From an archaeon (GTDB lineage: Archaea > Nanobdellota > Nanobdellia > Woesearchaeales > UBA9642), in assembly GCA_020057295.1 (NCBI GenBank), contig JAGVGF010000003.1, forward strand, positions 1 through 64,000: a stretch of 64,000 nt of DNA, written 5' to 3'. The notes beneath the pieces are model-generated. The model made no database searches, was not told the DNA's origin, and was given only the letters and a program-made list of their open reading frames with translations. Position numbers and translations under genes: made by a program. This document shows, one piece after another, positions 29,091 through 38,980 of the stretch. Position 1 is the first letter of the stretch. Each line of letters opens with the position of its first letter.

Positions 29091-29990
29091 ATGTTTCAAA
29101 ACATTCCTAAAGATAAGGTTTTAGAAGTTGTTAAGCAAGGCCCAACATATCCTTCAAAAATTGTCAAAATAGTTGGAGGAGATACAATGATCGTTGGTGC
29201 AGTATTATCTACACTAATTAGTACGGGTGATGTGAAAGTTTCTACATTAAAAATAGGCGGGACACCTTTATATTATGTTCCGGGTCAAGAATCTAAACTA
29301 GAAGAGTTTATGGATCACCTAAATGAGAAGGATCATAAAACTGCAAATATATTAAAAGAAGCTAAAATTTTAAAAGATTCAGATCAAGATCCATTAATCA
29401 GAGTTTCTTTAAGAACGATCAAGGATTTTGCAAAATCATTTGAAATAGAAAACAACGGTGTCAAAGAATTATTCTGGAGATATTATCTTGTTCTAAAAGA
29501 TGAAGCGATTTTGTTAGCAAAGAATATTTTAAAAGAAACCATTGTTAGTAGTCCTGTTGCTATTGTAGAGACTATAAATCCTGTGAAAGTCGAAGTTTCA
29601 ACCGTAATTGAAACAGAACAAGATTCTAAACCCGTTCGTCATAGAAAAGAAGCTGCTGAGAAAGTTGTTTCCTCCGATGATATTTCTAAAATAGATTTTT
29701 TTGAAATTGTTAAAAAACATATTCTTTCCAAAAATTTAGATATTATTAGTAAGGAGAAAATTAAGAAATCTGAATACGATTTTGTTCTTAAAAATCACGA
29801 TAACAATGAATATATTTACTGTAAATCAAAAGATAAGAAGAGCATTAACGATGGAGATTTGGCTTCAGCGTTTGTGTTTGCTCAGAGTAAGAAAATGCCT
29901 TGCTTATTTATCACTACAGGACATTTAACTAAAAAAGCAGAACATATGATGACGAAAGAATTTAATGGTTTACAACTAGAACAAATATAG
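29091..29990 (+). CDS. Hypothetical protein: N-terminal wHTH and C-terminal Mrr/restriction-endonuclease-like domain
   Basis: GPTYP..I...GG.PLYY N-terminus; C-terminal YDF..K.....I.DGD.....FITTG.LT..A. Confidence 0.55.
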   Translation: MFQNIPKDKVLEVVKQGPTYPSKIVKIVGGDTMIVGAVLSTLISTGDVKVSTLKIGGTPLYYVPGQESKLEEFMDHLNEKDHKTANILKEAKILKDSDQDPLIRVSLRTIKDFAKSFEIENNGVKELFWRYYLVLKDEAILLAKNILKETIVSSPVAIVETINPVKVEVSTVIETEQDSKPVRHRKEAAEKVVSSDDISKIDFFEIVKKHILSKNLDIISKEKIKKSEYDFVLKNHDNNEYIYCKSKDKKSINDGDLASAFVFAQSKKMPCLFITTGHLTKKAEHMMTKEFNGLQLEQI

Positions 29991-30012
29991 TTCTTTTTAC
30001 TACACGCGTTAT

Positions 30013-30609
30013 TTGTATACTTTGAACAAACTTTATAAAATACAACCCATAAATGAGACTATGAAGAAATCCAAGAGCGTATCAAAAACAACATCTAAGT
30101 CAAAAGATTTACACATAGGATTTAAATATATTCTTCTTATCGTTATAGCTGTATTGTTAAGTTATATTACATTATTATTGAAGATTCAAAATTATTGGAG
30201 TGTGATCGTAAACATTGCTTTAATATTACTTTTATGGTATAATTTTAGAACTCACGAAGGAGTTTTAGTTATAGTTTCTGCAATGATTCTTAGCGCACTA
30301 ACACTTCCTATAACTGTCTTCTCTTTATCAAGATCTCAAGAGGTACAGTTAATAGTATTTTCAGTTAATATGATTCTAGTTTTACTTATGGCATTAGGCT
30401 TAAAACATTTAACTAAATGGGGATTATACTTATCTATTGTGGTATTTGCAGTATCTGTTGTTAGCTTATCTATTATAACTTATGTGTATCTTGCAAGTCT
30501 TTCTTTATCGCTCTTTTCAGTCTTCGCATTGTTAAAATATTTAACACAAATAATATTTTATGTTACTTCAGTATGGTTTTTGTTAAAGCACAGGAAATAC
30601 TTCAGCTAA
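30013..30609 (+). CDS. Multi-pass membrane protein (start probably 30061)
   Basis: About six hydrophobic segments. Confidence 0.7.
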   Translation: MYTLNKLYKIQPINETMKKSKSVSKTTSKSKDLHIGFKYILLIVIAVLLSYITLLLKIQNYWSVIVNIALILLLWYNFRTHEGVLVIVSAMILSALTLPITVFSLSRSQEVQLIVFSVNMILVLLMALGLKHLTKWGLYLSIVVFAVSVVSLSIITYVYLASLSLSLFSVFALLKYLTQIIFYVTSVWFLLKHRKYFS

Positions 30610-30689
30610 TAATCCGAAGAACATATTAGATGAAGATATTCCGAACAAATTTAGACAAAATATATAAACATCCGTTCTAAACTTCTATC

Positions 30690-31823
30690 ATGGTTAATAA
30701 CACTCTTGCTAATGAAAATTTTAAAGTAACACCTTGGGAAGTTAAGGGCGACATAGATTATGATAAACTAATCAAAGAGTTCGGTGTCCAACCACTGGAA
30801 GATTTACCTAAATTATTTAGTAATAACACGTTGTTTCGTAGAAAAATAATATTTGCTCACAGAAGTTTTGGCCAAATTGTTAGCGCCATAGAAAAAAATA
30901 AGCCTTTTATTATGATGACGGGGTTAATGCCTACAGGAAAATTTCATATAGGACATATGCTTGTTGCTAGACAAATCATATTCTATCAAAATTTAGGTGC
31001 TAAAATATATGTTACTGTTGCAGATGTAGAAGCATATAATGCACGTGGACAATCATTAGAAGAAAGTAGACAAATTGCTATTGAAGAATATATTCTTAAC
31101 TACATCGCTTTAGGTTTAAAGCCTGAAAATTGTGAAATATATTTCCAAAGTGATAGATCTAAAGATGCTTCAAAAGCTAACGCCTTTTATAGATTACAAA
31201 ACATGCTTGCTAGACATGCCACATTTAATGAGTTTAAAGCAGTATATGGAGAAATTACTCCGGGGAAAATGATTTCAGCACTACTCCAAGCTTCAGATAT
31301 GTTGCATCCACAATTACCTGAATTTGAGGGTCCGATGCCTGTTGTAATACCTGTAGGAATAGATCAAGATCCACACATAAGACTTGCAAGAGATATGACT
31401 GGAAGAATCAATACATATAATAATTTTAATTTTAAGGAGATTAGTTCAACATATCACACATTTATGCCGGGCCTAAACGGCGGAAAGATGTCATCATCAG
31501 ATCCGACATCATTTATCGCACTAACAGATTCTCCTGAAGAAATGTCTCGCAAAGTTAAAAAATATGCATTTAGCGGTGGTAGAGACACTTTAGAGGAACA
31601 CAGGAAGCACGGCGGCAATCCCGACATTGATGTGTCTTATCAATGGTTGCGTGTATTTGAGGAAGATGATGTTTTATTGAAAAAAATTTATGATGATTAC
31701 AAGAGTGGAGAATTATTATCTGGAGAACTAAAGAAACTGTTAATAGATAAATTATCTTTCTTCCTAACAGAACATCAAAAAAATCGTGAGCACGCAAAGA
31801 AAGTGTTAAATAAATACATTTAA
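30690..31823 (+). CDS. trpS: Tryptophanyl-tRNA synthetase
   Basis: VTPWEV, HIGH, GIDQDPH, KMSSS, AFSGGRDT.EEHR..GGNP. Confidence 0.97.
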   Translation: MVNNTLANENFKVTPWEVKGDIDYDKLIKEFGVQPLEDLPKLFSNNTLFRRKIIFAHRSFGQIVSAIEKNKPFIMMTGLMPTGKFHIGHMLVARQIIFYQNLGAKIYVTVADVEAYNARGQSLEESRQIAIEEYILNYIALGLKPENCEIYFQSDRSKDASKANAFYRLQNMLARHATFNEFKAVYGEITPGKMISALLQASDMLHPQLPEFEGPMPVVIPVGIDQDPHIRLARDMTGRINTYNNFNFKEISSTYHTFMPGLNGGKMSSSDPTSFIALTDSPEEMSRKVKKYAFSGGRDTLEEHRKHGGNPDIDVSYQWLRVFEEDDVLLKKIYDDYKSGELLSGELKKLLIDKLSFFLTEHQKNREHAKKVLNKYI

Positions 31824-31939
31824 AAATATTAAAAAATTCATAACAAAATGATAATTCCATTGATAGATATAATTTTTATCGTAGGAATATTCTATATATA
31901 TTACGGATTATTTATTTAATGTGAGAATATTTTTCTTCC

Positions 31940-32563
31940 TTAATTTTTATTATATTCTTCTATTCCGGGAATTATCCCTGCAGTTGTTCTATCGAAATAG
32001 TCAACAAGACTTATGATTTGCTCTTTTCTTGGAAGTCTAAATATTTCTGTAGGCATAACTATATGTTCAACACCATTCTCTTCAAATATTTCAGTGATTA
32101 AACTATCAATCGCGAGTTGAAATTCTTTACTATCGCTTCGTACGCCGTCCTTTGTTATATCTGGTTTCCATATAGGAATTCTATATATTAATTGATAAGG
32201 ATGATTTTTTGTAAATTGAAGTATAGACTCTCGCATAGCTTCGGTTTTTGCTTTTCCAAACTTTAGTCTAGGATATGCATAGTCATCCCATCTTGTTCGA
32301 TCGCATATTATATGATCAAACTTTCCTTCTCTAGAAAGATCTTCGTAATCTATTTCTCTTTTTGCTTTAACATTTTGGATGCGCCATTGTGCTTCAAGCG
32401 TTGTTTGATCGTTAATCGGTAAGCGTTCTGTTAATAATAGTTCTCTTGCTATCTCAGGAATTATTTCACAATTTATACTCATCTGTTTGTAATAGAATGC
32501 AAGAAAAGATACTAGTGCTGTTTTACCGACACCATGCGTACTAGCAAATGCGATTTTACTCAT
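31940..32563 (-). CDS. NadR/Ttd14-type AAA_28 P-loop kinase/ATPase
   Basis: THGVGKT, EIAR, ICDR...D.YAY, DGVR. Confidence 0.8.
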   Translation of the reverse strand: MSKIAFASTHGVGKTALVSFLAFYYKQMSINCEIIPEIARELLLTERLPINDQTTLEAQWRIQNVKAKREIDYEDLSREGKFDHIICDRTRWDDYAYPRLKFGKAKTEAMRESILQFTKNHPYQLIYRIPIWKPDITKDGVRSDSKEFQLAIDSLITEIFEENGVEHIVMPTEIFRLPRKEQIISLVDYFDRTTAGIIPGIEEYNKN

Positions 32564-32679
32564 GATAAACCCCTCAGATAATTTTGTGCAATCGCTGGTT
32601 TAAATATTTACCCCATCATCGACGATAAAAATTTATTTGTTATTACCGCGGCCGAGTTATTTCTTCTAATTTTTTATAG

Positions 32680-32746
32680 AGAACTTTGAATAAGCTATAT
32701 TCAAAGTTCTTCTTAGAGAGTTTTCGAGATATTTCAAAACTCTCTA
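32680..32746. repeat. Two adjacent perfect inverted repeats upstream of fen
   Basis: AGAACTTTGAATA-N5-TATTCAAAGTTCT (32680-32710) and TAGAGAGTTTT-N11-AAAACTCTCTA (32714-32746). Confidence 0.8.
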
Positions 32747-32783
32747 TAGTAATCTTTAAAAACGTAGTATAATACTTCTAATC

Positions 32784-33821
32784 ATGGGTACTAAGATTAC
32801 TGAATTGATGCAGTCTAAAGAATTATCTATTGATGATTTGAAAGGAAAAATTGTGGTTGTAGATGCATTTAATCAATTATACATGTTCCTATCAAGTATA
32901 AGACAGCCAGATGGTTCACTATTAAAAGACTCACACAATAATGTGACATCACATTTGAATGGATTATTTTATAGATTTACCAAATTAATGCAGCATGATA
33001 TAAAATTTGTATTTGTGTTTGATGGTAAAGCTCCTGAACTAAAATTAAAAGAAAGAGAGAGAAGAAATGCATTAAAGCATGATGCTGAATTAAAGTTTGA
33101 AAAAGCAGCTGAAGAAGAAAACTTAGAAGATATGAAGAAATATGCTTCTAGAACTAGCAAATTAACTCCTGAAATGATTTCTGATGTTAAAGAATTGATT
33201 GCTGCACTTGGCTGTCCTATTATTCAGGCACCTGCAGAAGGAGAAGCACAAGCAGCATTACTCGTTAAAAATAAAGATGCATATGCAAGTTTAAGTCAGG
33301 ATGCCGATTCTTTATTATTCGCTTGCCCGTTAGTTGTTAAAAATCTAACTTTATCTGGAAGAAAGAAATTACCTAATAAATTATCTTATGATACTATCAC
33401 TCCGGAACTAATTTCCTTAACAGATACACTTAATTCTTTAAGTATTGATCAGGATCAATTAATTGTCCTTGCGATGTTGACAGGTACCGATTATAATATT
33501 GGTGGTATTAAAGGTATCGGTCCAAAGACTGCACTAAAATTAGTTAAAGAATATGGTTCCGGAGCAGACAATTTTGAAAAACTATTCGATGAATATAAAT
33601 GGAATGAACATTTTAATTATGATTGGAAAGAGGTTTTTAATATAATTAAACATACAGAAACAACGAATAATTACAAACTAAATTTTTCCGATGTTGATGA
33701 TGAGAAAGTTGTTGAAGTATTGTGTAAAAATCATGATTTTAATGAAGAAAGAACAAGAAAAGTTTTAGAAACATTACATAAAAGACCATTAGCGCAGAAA
33801 GGTCTTGGAGAGTATTTCTGA
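32784..33821 (+). CDS. fen: Flap endonuclease 1
   Basis: VDAFNQLY.FL..IRQPDG, EGEAQA, SQDAD, GTDYN.GGIKGIGPK, PIP box QKGLGEYF. Confidence 0.97.
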   Translation: MGTKITELMQSKELSIDDLKGKIVVVDAFNQLYMFLSSIRQPDGSLLKDSHNNVTSHLNGLFYRFTKLMQHDIKFVFVFDGKAPELKLKERERRNALKHDAELKFEKAAEEENLEDMKKYASRTSKLTPEMISDVKELIAALGCPIIQAPAEGEAQAALLVKNKDAYASLSQDADSLLFACPLVVKNLTLSGRKKLPNKLSYDTITPELISLTDTLNSLSIDQDQLIVLAMLTGTDYNIGGIKGIGPKTALKLVKEYGSGADNFEKLFDEYKWNEHFNYDWKEVFNIIKHTETTNNYKLNFSDVDDEKVVEVLCKNHDFNEERTRKVLETLHKRPLAQKGLGEYF

Positions 33822-34855
33822 TGTTAGGATTAAAAGTTCCATTAAAGGATGCAGAAAAATGGAAACAATATATTATTGTAAATAACTTCATTAATAATAA
33901 TTATCAGTATTTGAAGGATAAAAACCATATTTATTTTCCTCTAATAAGCGAGTTTACTATAATACGTTCTCAAGGTTTAGAATTCGTAGATAAAGAATTT
34001 AATAAAACGAAGCACAAAGGTACACTAAGAGAAAATTTAGGCAAGTCCTTAACAAAGGAAGAGTTAGAGTTTGTAAAAACTGCGCATGATATTATAGGAT
34101 CTATAGCAATCCTTGAAATCCCTCAAGATTTAGTATTTAGAGAGAAGGTTATTGCTGAAACATTACTACAAACTAATAAACAGATTAAAACAGTTCTAAA
34201 GAAGGCAGATATTCATGGTGGAGTTTATAGAACTCAGAAAATGATTTATTTAGCAGGGGAGAAAACTAAAGAAACGATTTATAGAGAAAATAACGTTCAA
34301 TTAAAGCTAGATGTAGAAAAAGTTTATTTTTCTATACGTTTATCTAATGAACGTAAACGTATAATGAAATTAATACAGCCGGGAGAAGAAGTGTTAGTTA
34401 TGTTTAGCGGATGTGCTCCATATCCTGTAGTTTTAGCTAAAAATACAGAAGCGAAACATATCTTAGGAATTGAAATAAATCCAGACGGACATAAATATGG
34501 TTTAGAAAACGTCAAATTAAATAAAATCAAGAGTGTCGATCTAATATGCGGAGATGTACATGAAGTGATTCCAAAATTGAAAGAAAAAAATTCTAAATTA
34601 ACGTTTGATAGAATTTTGATGCCTTTGCCAAAAACAGCTGACGAATTTTTAGATGATGCATTAGCTGTTTCAAAAAAAGGAACTATGATACATTTCTATG
34701 ACTTTTTAGAATTAGGAAAATTTGATGAAGCAACAGAAAAAATTGATAAGGCATGTAAAAAAGCAGGATTTAAACATAAGATTTTAGAAATTGTAAAATG
34801 TGGTCAGCATGCACCATACATCTACAGAATCTGTGTAGATTTTAAGATAATATAA
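33821..34855 (+). CDS. trm5: Trm5/Taw2-family tRNA methyltransferase
   Basis: DIIGSIAI, ETIYREN, VYFS.RL..ERKR, MFSGCAPY, EINP, FDRILMPLP. Confidence 0.85.
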   Translation: MLGLKVPLKDAEKWKQYIIVNNFINNNYQYLKDKNHIYFPLISEFTIIRSQGLEFVDKEFNKTKHKGTLRENLGKSLTKEELEFVKTAHDIIGSIAILEIPQDLVFREKVIAETLLQTNKQIKTVLKKADIHGGVYRTQKMIYLAGEKTKETIYRENNVQLKLDVEKVYFSIRLSNERKRIMKLIQPGEEVLVMFSGCAPYPVVLAKNTEAKHILGIEINPDGHKYGLENVKLNKIKSVDLICGDVHEVIPKLKEKNSKLTFDRILMPLPKTADEFLDDALAVSKKGTMIHFYDFLELGKFDEATEKIDKACKKAGFKHKILEIVKCGQHAPYIYRICVDFKII

Positions 34856-34887
34856 TAGCCGGTTTTTAGAATTCTATAAATTTTAAG

Positions 34888-34970
34888 TGTGCGCTCAGCA
34901 GTTACTTCCGTTAATCATTTCTCAAGTTTTACCTTGAAATCATCGGGTGTTCACAACCTCATCGCGCACA
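34888..34970 (-). ncRNA. Box C/D methylation guide sRNA
   Basis: Minus strand: terminal stem UGUGCGC/GCGCACA, C box GCGAUGA, guide GGUUGUGAACAC, D' CCGA, C' AUGAUUA, guide ACGGAAGUAACUG, D box CUGA. Own TATA box TTTATAAA at 34991-34998. Confidence 0.8.
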
Positions 34971-35066
34971 ATAACTAGAATGAATGATTGTTTATAAAGT
35001 TTATATGAAAATTTGTGAAAGAAAATTAAAGAAAGATATTTTTAGAAATATAGAATTGCTTTAAGT

Positions 35067-36293
35067 TTATCCGAACATACTTACATAATCTTTACCGTAT
35101 TGATCTTCGTCTTTTCTAATTTTTACAATTGCCTTTGTGAAATCTTCTTCAGTAACAACATCTCTATCTTCTCTTATTGCGAAGTATCCTGCTTCTGTTG
35201 TTACAGCACGTATCTCTGCTCCAGATAATTCTTGTGATAGGTCATATAATTTATTCAAATCTAACTTCTTTTCCACAGGCATATTTTTCATATGTATTTT
35301 ATATATTTGTTTTATTCCTTCTTTGTCAGGATTTGGTACTTCGATTAATCTATCCATTCTTCCAGGTCTTAAAATAGCGGGGTCAAGAATATCCTTTCTG
35401 TTAGTACATCCTATGATTTTAACGTTGTCTAATGATTTGAATCCATCAAGCTCCGCTAGTAATTGCATGAATGTTCTCTGAACTTCTCTTTCTCCTGATG
35501 TTCCTAATTCTATTCTCTTTGCACATAGCGCATCTAGTTCGTCAATGAATACTATTGCTGGAGCTTTAGATTTTGCTAATTGAAATATTTCTTTAATTAA
35601 TTTTGCACCATCGCCTATGAATTTTTGTATGATTTCAGAGCCTACTACTTCTATGAATGTAGCGTCCGTACTGTTAGCGATTGCTTTTGCAAGTAATGTT
35701 TTTCCAGTTCCTGGAGGACCATGTAATAATATTCCTTTAGGAGGATTTATGCCTAACTTCCTGAATAATTCGGGTTTCTTTAATGGTAGTTCTATAACTT
35801 CCTTTATTTCTTCAACTTGTTCTGTTAATCCGCCAATCTCGTTCCATGTAGTTTTAGGTTTTTCTATTATAACAAATCTTTCAACATCAAAATTTTTAGA
35901 AATATTAATCTTGTCAATAATATTTAAATTTTTTTGCTCAACTAATACTCCGTCACCAGCTTCCAATTTCTTAAGATTTGAAGATATAGTTACAAAAAAT
36001 TTATTACCGTTAGGAATTTTTATTATTGCACGATTATTTGGCAGCACATCTGTAACTTCTGCAACCATCAAAGAAGGAGCTCTTAAACGTTCAACTTCAT
36101 CTCTTAAAGAATTTAGCGCTTCTTTTAATATCTTGTTTTCATCCTCTAAAGCACTATTAAAGTTAGCAGTAGTATATGAATAACCTACATTATTATTGCC
36201 GTTAGTAGAACTAGTGCTCTTTACTTTCGTATCAGAATCTTTACCAACCATTACCGAGGGAAATACGAATTTATTTATAAACTTTTGCGTCAT
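35067..36293 (-). CDS. pan: Proteasome-activating nucleotidase (start probably MVGKDS)
   Basis: Coiled coil and OB domain, EIGGL, GPPGTGKT, FIDELD, GTSGEREVQRT, DPAILRPGR.DR. Confidence 0.95.
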   Translation of the reverse strand: MTQKFINKFVFPSVMVGKDSDTKVKSTSSTNGNNNVGYSYTTANFNSALEDENKILKEALNSLRDEVERLRAPSLMVAEVTDVLPNNRAIIKIPNGNKFFVTISSNLKKLEAGDGVLVEQKNLNIIDKINISKNFDVERFVIIEKPKTTWNEIGGLTEQVEEIKEVIELPLKKPELFRKLGINPPKGILLHGPPGTGKTLLAKAIANSTDATFIEVVGSEIIQKFIGDGAKLIKEIFQLAKSKAPAIVFIDELDALCAKRIELGTSGEREVQRTFMQLLAELDGFKSLDNVKIIGCTNRKDILDPAILRPGRMDRLIEVPNPDKEGIKQIYKIHMKNMPVEKKLDLNKLYDLSQELSGAEIRAVTTEAGYFAIREDRDVVTEEDFTKAIVKIRKDEDQYGKDYVSMFG

Positions 36294-36333
36294 AAATTGC
36301 TATATTTAAATAGAATTTTAGTTAATGTTGTGC

Positions 36334-36849
36334 TTAAGGAGTATTTTTTGCGGCTATAGTTTTAATTATGTTAAGTTTTTCTATAACATCATTATCACTG
36401 TTAATAAAATCCTCATATCGTTCATGTAATAATCCGAATAGTCTATCAAACCCTTTTTTTACACCTTCAGAATTATTTATTGCGCCAGCAGTAATCCATC
36501 CTGTTATTTCTTTCAAATTTTTGATGTAAGCATCTAAGTCATAAATCATATTTCCTAAATCTGTTAGCACTTGATTATACACCGTTTCTGCAGGTCCGCC
36601 GGCAAATTCACTCTTTCTACTGGCAAATGCTTCCAGTTCTCTTGTGCATATATCTCTAATAGGTACTAATTTTTTTGAACAACTTCTTAATTTTTCTACC
36701 TCGGCAAGTGCGTTCCCAGAATCTTGTATAACATCGTTCATGTTTTTATATTCGTTGTAGAACATTATTGCCTTCTGCTGTATAGTACGTACAACATCTT
36801 CTATTTTTGCATCCATATATCTTTGTTCTTCAATAAATTGATTTTCCAT
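36334..36849 (-). CDS. Hypothetical helical protein
   Basis: 171-aa ORF co-oriented with and adjacent to the upstream gene. Confidence 0.6.
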   Translation of the reverse strand: MENQFIEEQRYMDAKIEDVVRTIQQKAIMFYNEYKNMNDVIQDSGNALAEVEKLRSCSKKLVPIRDICTRELEAFASRKSEFAGGPAETVYNQVLTDLGNMIYDLDAYIKNLKEITGWITAGAINNSEGVKKGFDRLFGLLHERYEDFINSDNDVIEKLNIIKTIAAKNTP

Positions 36850-36850
36850 T

Positions 36851-37486
36851 TTAATCTTTTCCTAAAAGATCTGCAGTACATGCTCCCACAACCGCGGCAA
36901 GCATCACTCCTGCAACCATCTTATATGATTCTTCAAAATTATGTCCGAACGAAGGATAGAATATGTATAACACTAATATAGACATTATTAGTGAACAAAC
37001 ATATAATACTAGTAATCTTAATGGCATAAACATTAATATTTTAGTATCTTTGACCTTTCTAAATCCTGTAGCGTAGATAAATAATAATCCTACTATAAAA
37101 GTCAAAGGAAATAACAATGTGGCTCTAGTTATAGTCATTTTTTCTGAAATTTCTACACCATAAATAAATGTGTAATGTATAGCAAGTCCGATGAATGCTC
37201 CTACTAAACCTTTAGTAAAATCTTTTAATGTTACTGTTGCTAAAGGATGCTCTCCTACTTCAGCTCTTATTTCTTCTTCTAATTTTTCTAATTTTTGTAT
37301 ATCGTTAGATTCGGTATTTAAGCTTCTCTTTATATCTTCAACACCTTTCTCTTCCTCTGCAAGAAGTTCTTCCTTTTTTTCTACAAGTTTTTCCTCTCGT
37401 AAAAGATTATTTTCTGCTTTTAGAATACTATCCAATTTATTATTAATAGATTGCTTCTTAGATTTTTTAACTTTCTTTTTGACCAT
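36851..37486 (-). CDS. DUF2391-like membrane protein with N-terminal coiled coil
   Basis: KDFTKGLVGAF, four TM helices, C-terminal AAVVGACTADL. Confidence 0.7.
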   Translation of the reverse strand: MVKKKVKKSKKQSINNKLDSILKAENNLLREEKLVEKKEELLAEEEKGVEDIKRSLNTESNDIQKLEKLEEEIRAEVGEHPLATVTLKDFTKGLVGAFIGLAIHYTFIYGVEISEKMTITRATLLFPLTFIVGLLFIYATGFRKVKDTKILMFMPLRLLVLYVCSLIMSILVLYIFYPSFGHNFEESYKMVAGVMLAAVVGACTADLLGKD

Positions 37487-37511
37487 TGTTACTTACCATT
37501 ATTAAAGATTT

Positions 37512-38840
37512 TTAAATGTTCTGTTTATCTCTAAAATATTTTTCTATATGGTATATTCCTCTTCGCGGAGCATCTATAAATCCTTGGATTGCTGCATCTG
37601 CAAGTCTACCGTCTTGTAACCAATAATCGAGCCAATCTTTAACAAACACAGGATCCTCTTGGACAAATCCTGAACCAATATGCTCAAGCCATTCTTTATT
37701 ATAGGTCTCGTGTGCACCTATTGGTGGCGCAATAATTATTGGTAATCCCAAAGCAGTATAGAATGACATCTCGCTAGGCTTGGTCCATAATATATCTGTT
37801 ACTCTGAGTATTTTGTTTGTTTCAGAAAATATTGTTTTCTTATCAAATGCAAATATTATATTAATATTTTTTCCAATATATTCTTTTAAACCCATTTCTA
37901 TTAAGGATTTTTCGAAAAATATTTTTAATTCTAATTTTACACCAACAACAATGTTTATTATAATATTATTAGTTATAATTTTTTCTTGTAATGAAGATAC
38001 AATGCTTAATGCTATCTCGCGCTGGGCTCCCGCACCACCTATAGCATAAGTTATTGTTAATTTATGAGTCTTACATTTTGATAAACTTTTAATATCGAAT
38101 TTTTGAGATTTTTTTAATCCAAGTTTTTCGATTAATAATCCTTTATATTTCTCAAAAAATATTCCCGTAGGATCAAGATTTATTAGTCTTGGAAACATAT
38201 CTTTTTTTACTATTTCATCTTTTTCTCCAATATTCTCTTTAGGGAGAGGGAATCCTGTTTCTATTATCTTCTCATCTGATACTCCGTATTGTTTCAATCT
38301 TAAAACCACGTGTTTACATGGAGCAAAATATATTATTTTACTTTTTTTCGGATCATCCGCAACCCATATTCTATTAATATCTGTGTCAGTAACTACTGAA
38401 TAAACTTCTTTGCCGTTATAATCTAGTAGCAAGGAGGGAATGGGATGAGTGGTTATTACAGGGATATTTTCTCTAGATACATACTCTAACAAACTCTTAC
38501 CAAATCCTCTATCTATTATCGATTTCATTCTTAAAGTGCTAAAATTAGGTTTAGATTGATCTCTAAAAGGATAGAATGGAGAAATTTTTTGTAATCGATC
38601 ATATAAGTCAAATGTTACGCTGCCAACTACGGGAATATTTTTTAGTCTAGAAACATTTTCATAAAATAGTCTCGTACGTTCCCACAATCTCTTATCACTA
38701 TCAGATACGATTTTATCATTATTCGCTGTTAGAATACGCTCATAAGCAATATCTTTCAAAGGATATGCTGCACGTTGATGTCCATAACCCATATCAACAG
38801 AAATAATCCATGCCTTAATATCTTTATTTTTTTTAATCAA
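37512..38840 (-). CDS. GT-B glycosyltransferase-like protein (MGDG synthase/UgtP-related)
   Basis: VDMGYGHQRAA, VVTDTD..R.W, TGFPLP, GGAGAQ, DILWTKPSE.SFY.ALGLP, HE..N. Confidence 0.8.
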   Translation of the reverse strand: MIKKNKDIKAWIISVDMGYGHQRAAYPLKDIAYERILTANNDKIVSDSDKRLWERTRLFYENVSRLKNIPVVGSVTFDLYDRLQKISPFYPFRDQSKPNFSTLRMKSIIDRGFGKSLLEYVSRENIPVITTHPIPSLLLDYNGKEVYSVVTDTDINRIWVADDPKKSKIIYFAPCKHVVLRLKQYGVSDEKIIETGFPLPKENIGEKDEIVKKDMFPRLINLDPTGIFFEKYKGLLIEKLGLKKSQKFDIKSLSKCKTHKLTITYAIGGAGAQREIALSIVSSLQEKIITNNIIINIVVGVKLELKIFFEKSLIEMGLKEYIGKNINIIFAFDKKTIFSETNKILRVTDILWTKPSEMSFYTALGLPIIIAPPIGAHETYNKEWLEHIGSGFVQEDPVFVKDWLDYWLQDGRLADAAIQGFIDAPRRGIYHIEKYFRDKQNI

Positions 38841-38980
38841 AATATCTTATCCTCTTTTTATGTATATCTCAGATACGGAGATTACTGTTTTAAATAATTA
38901 TCGGAATATTTCTTGTAAAATAATAAGAATGTAAAACTTACGCAAAATTTAAAAATACTAACTGAAGAGTAGTATTAAGG

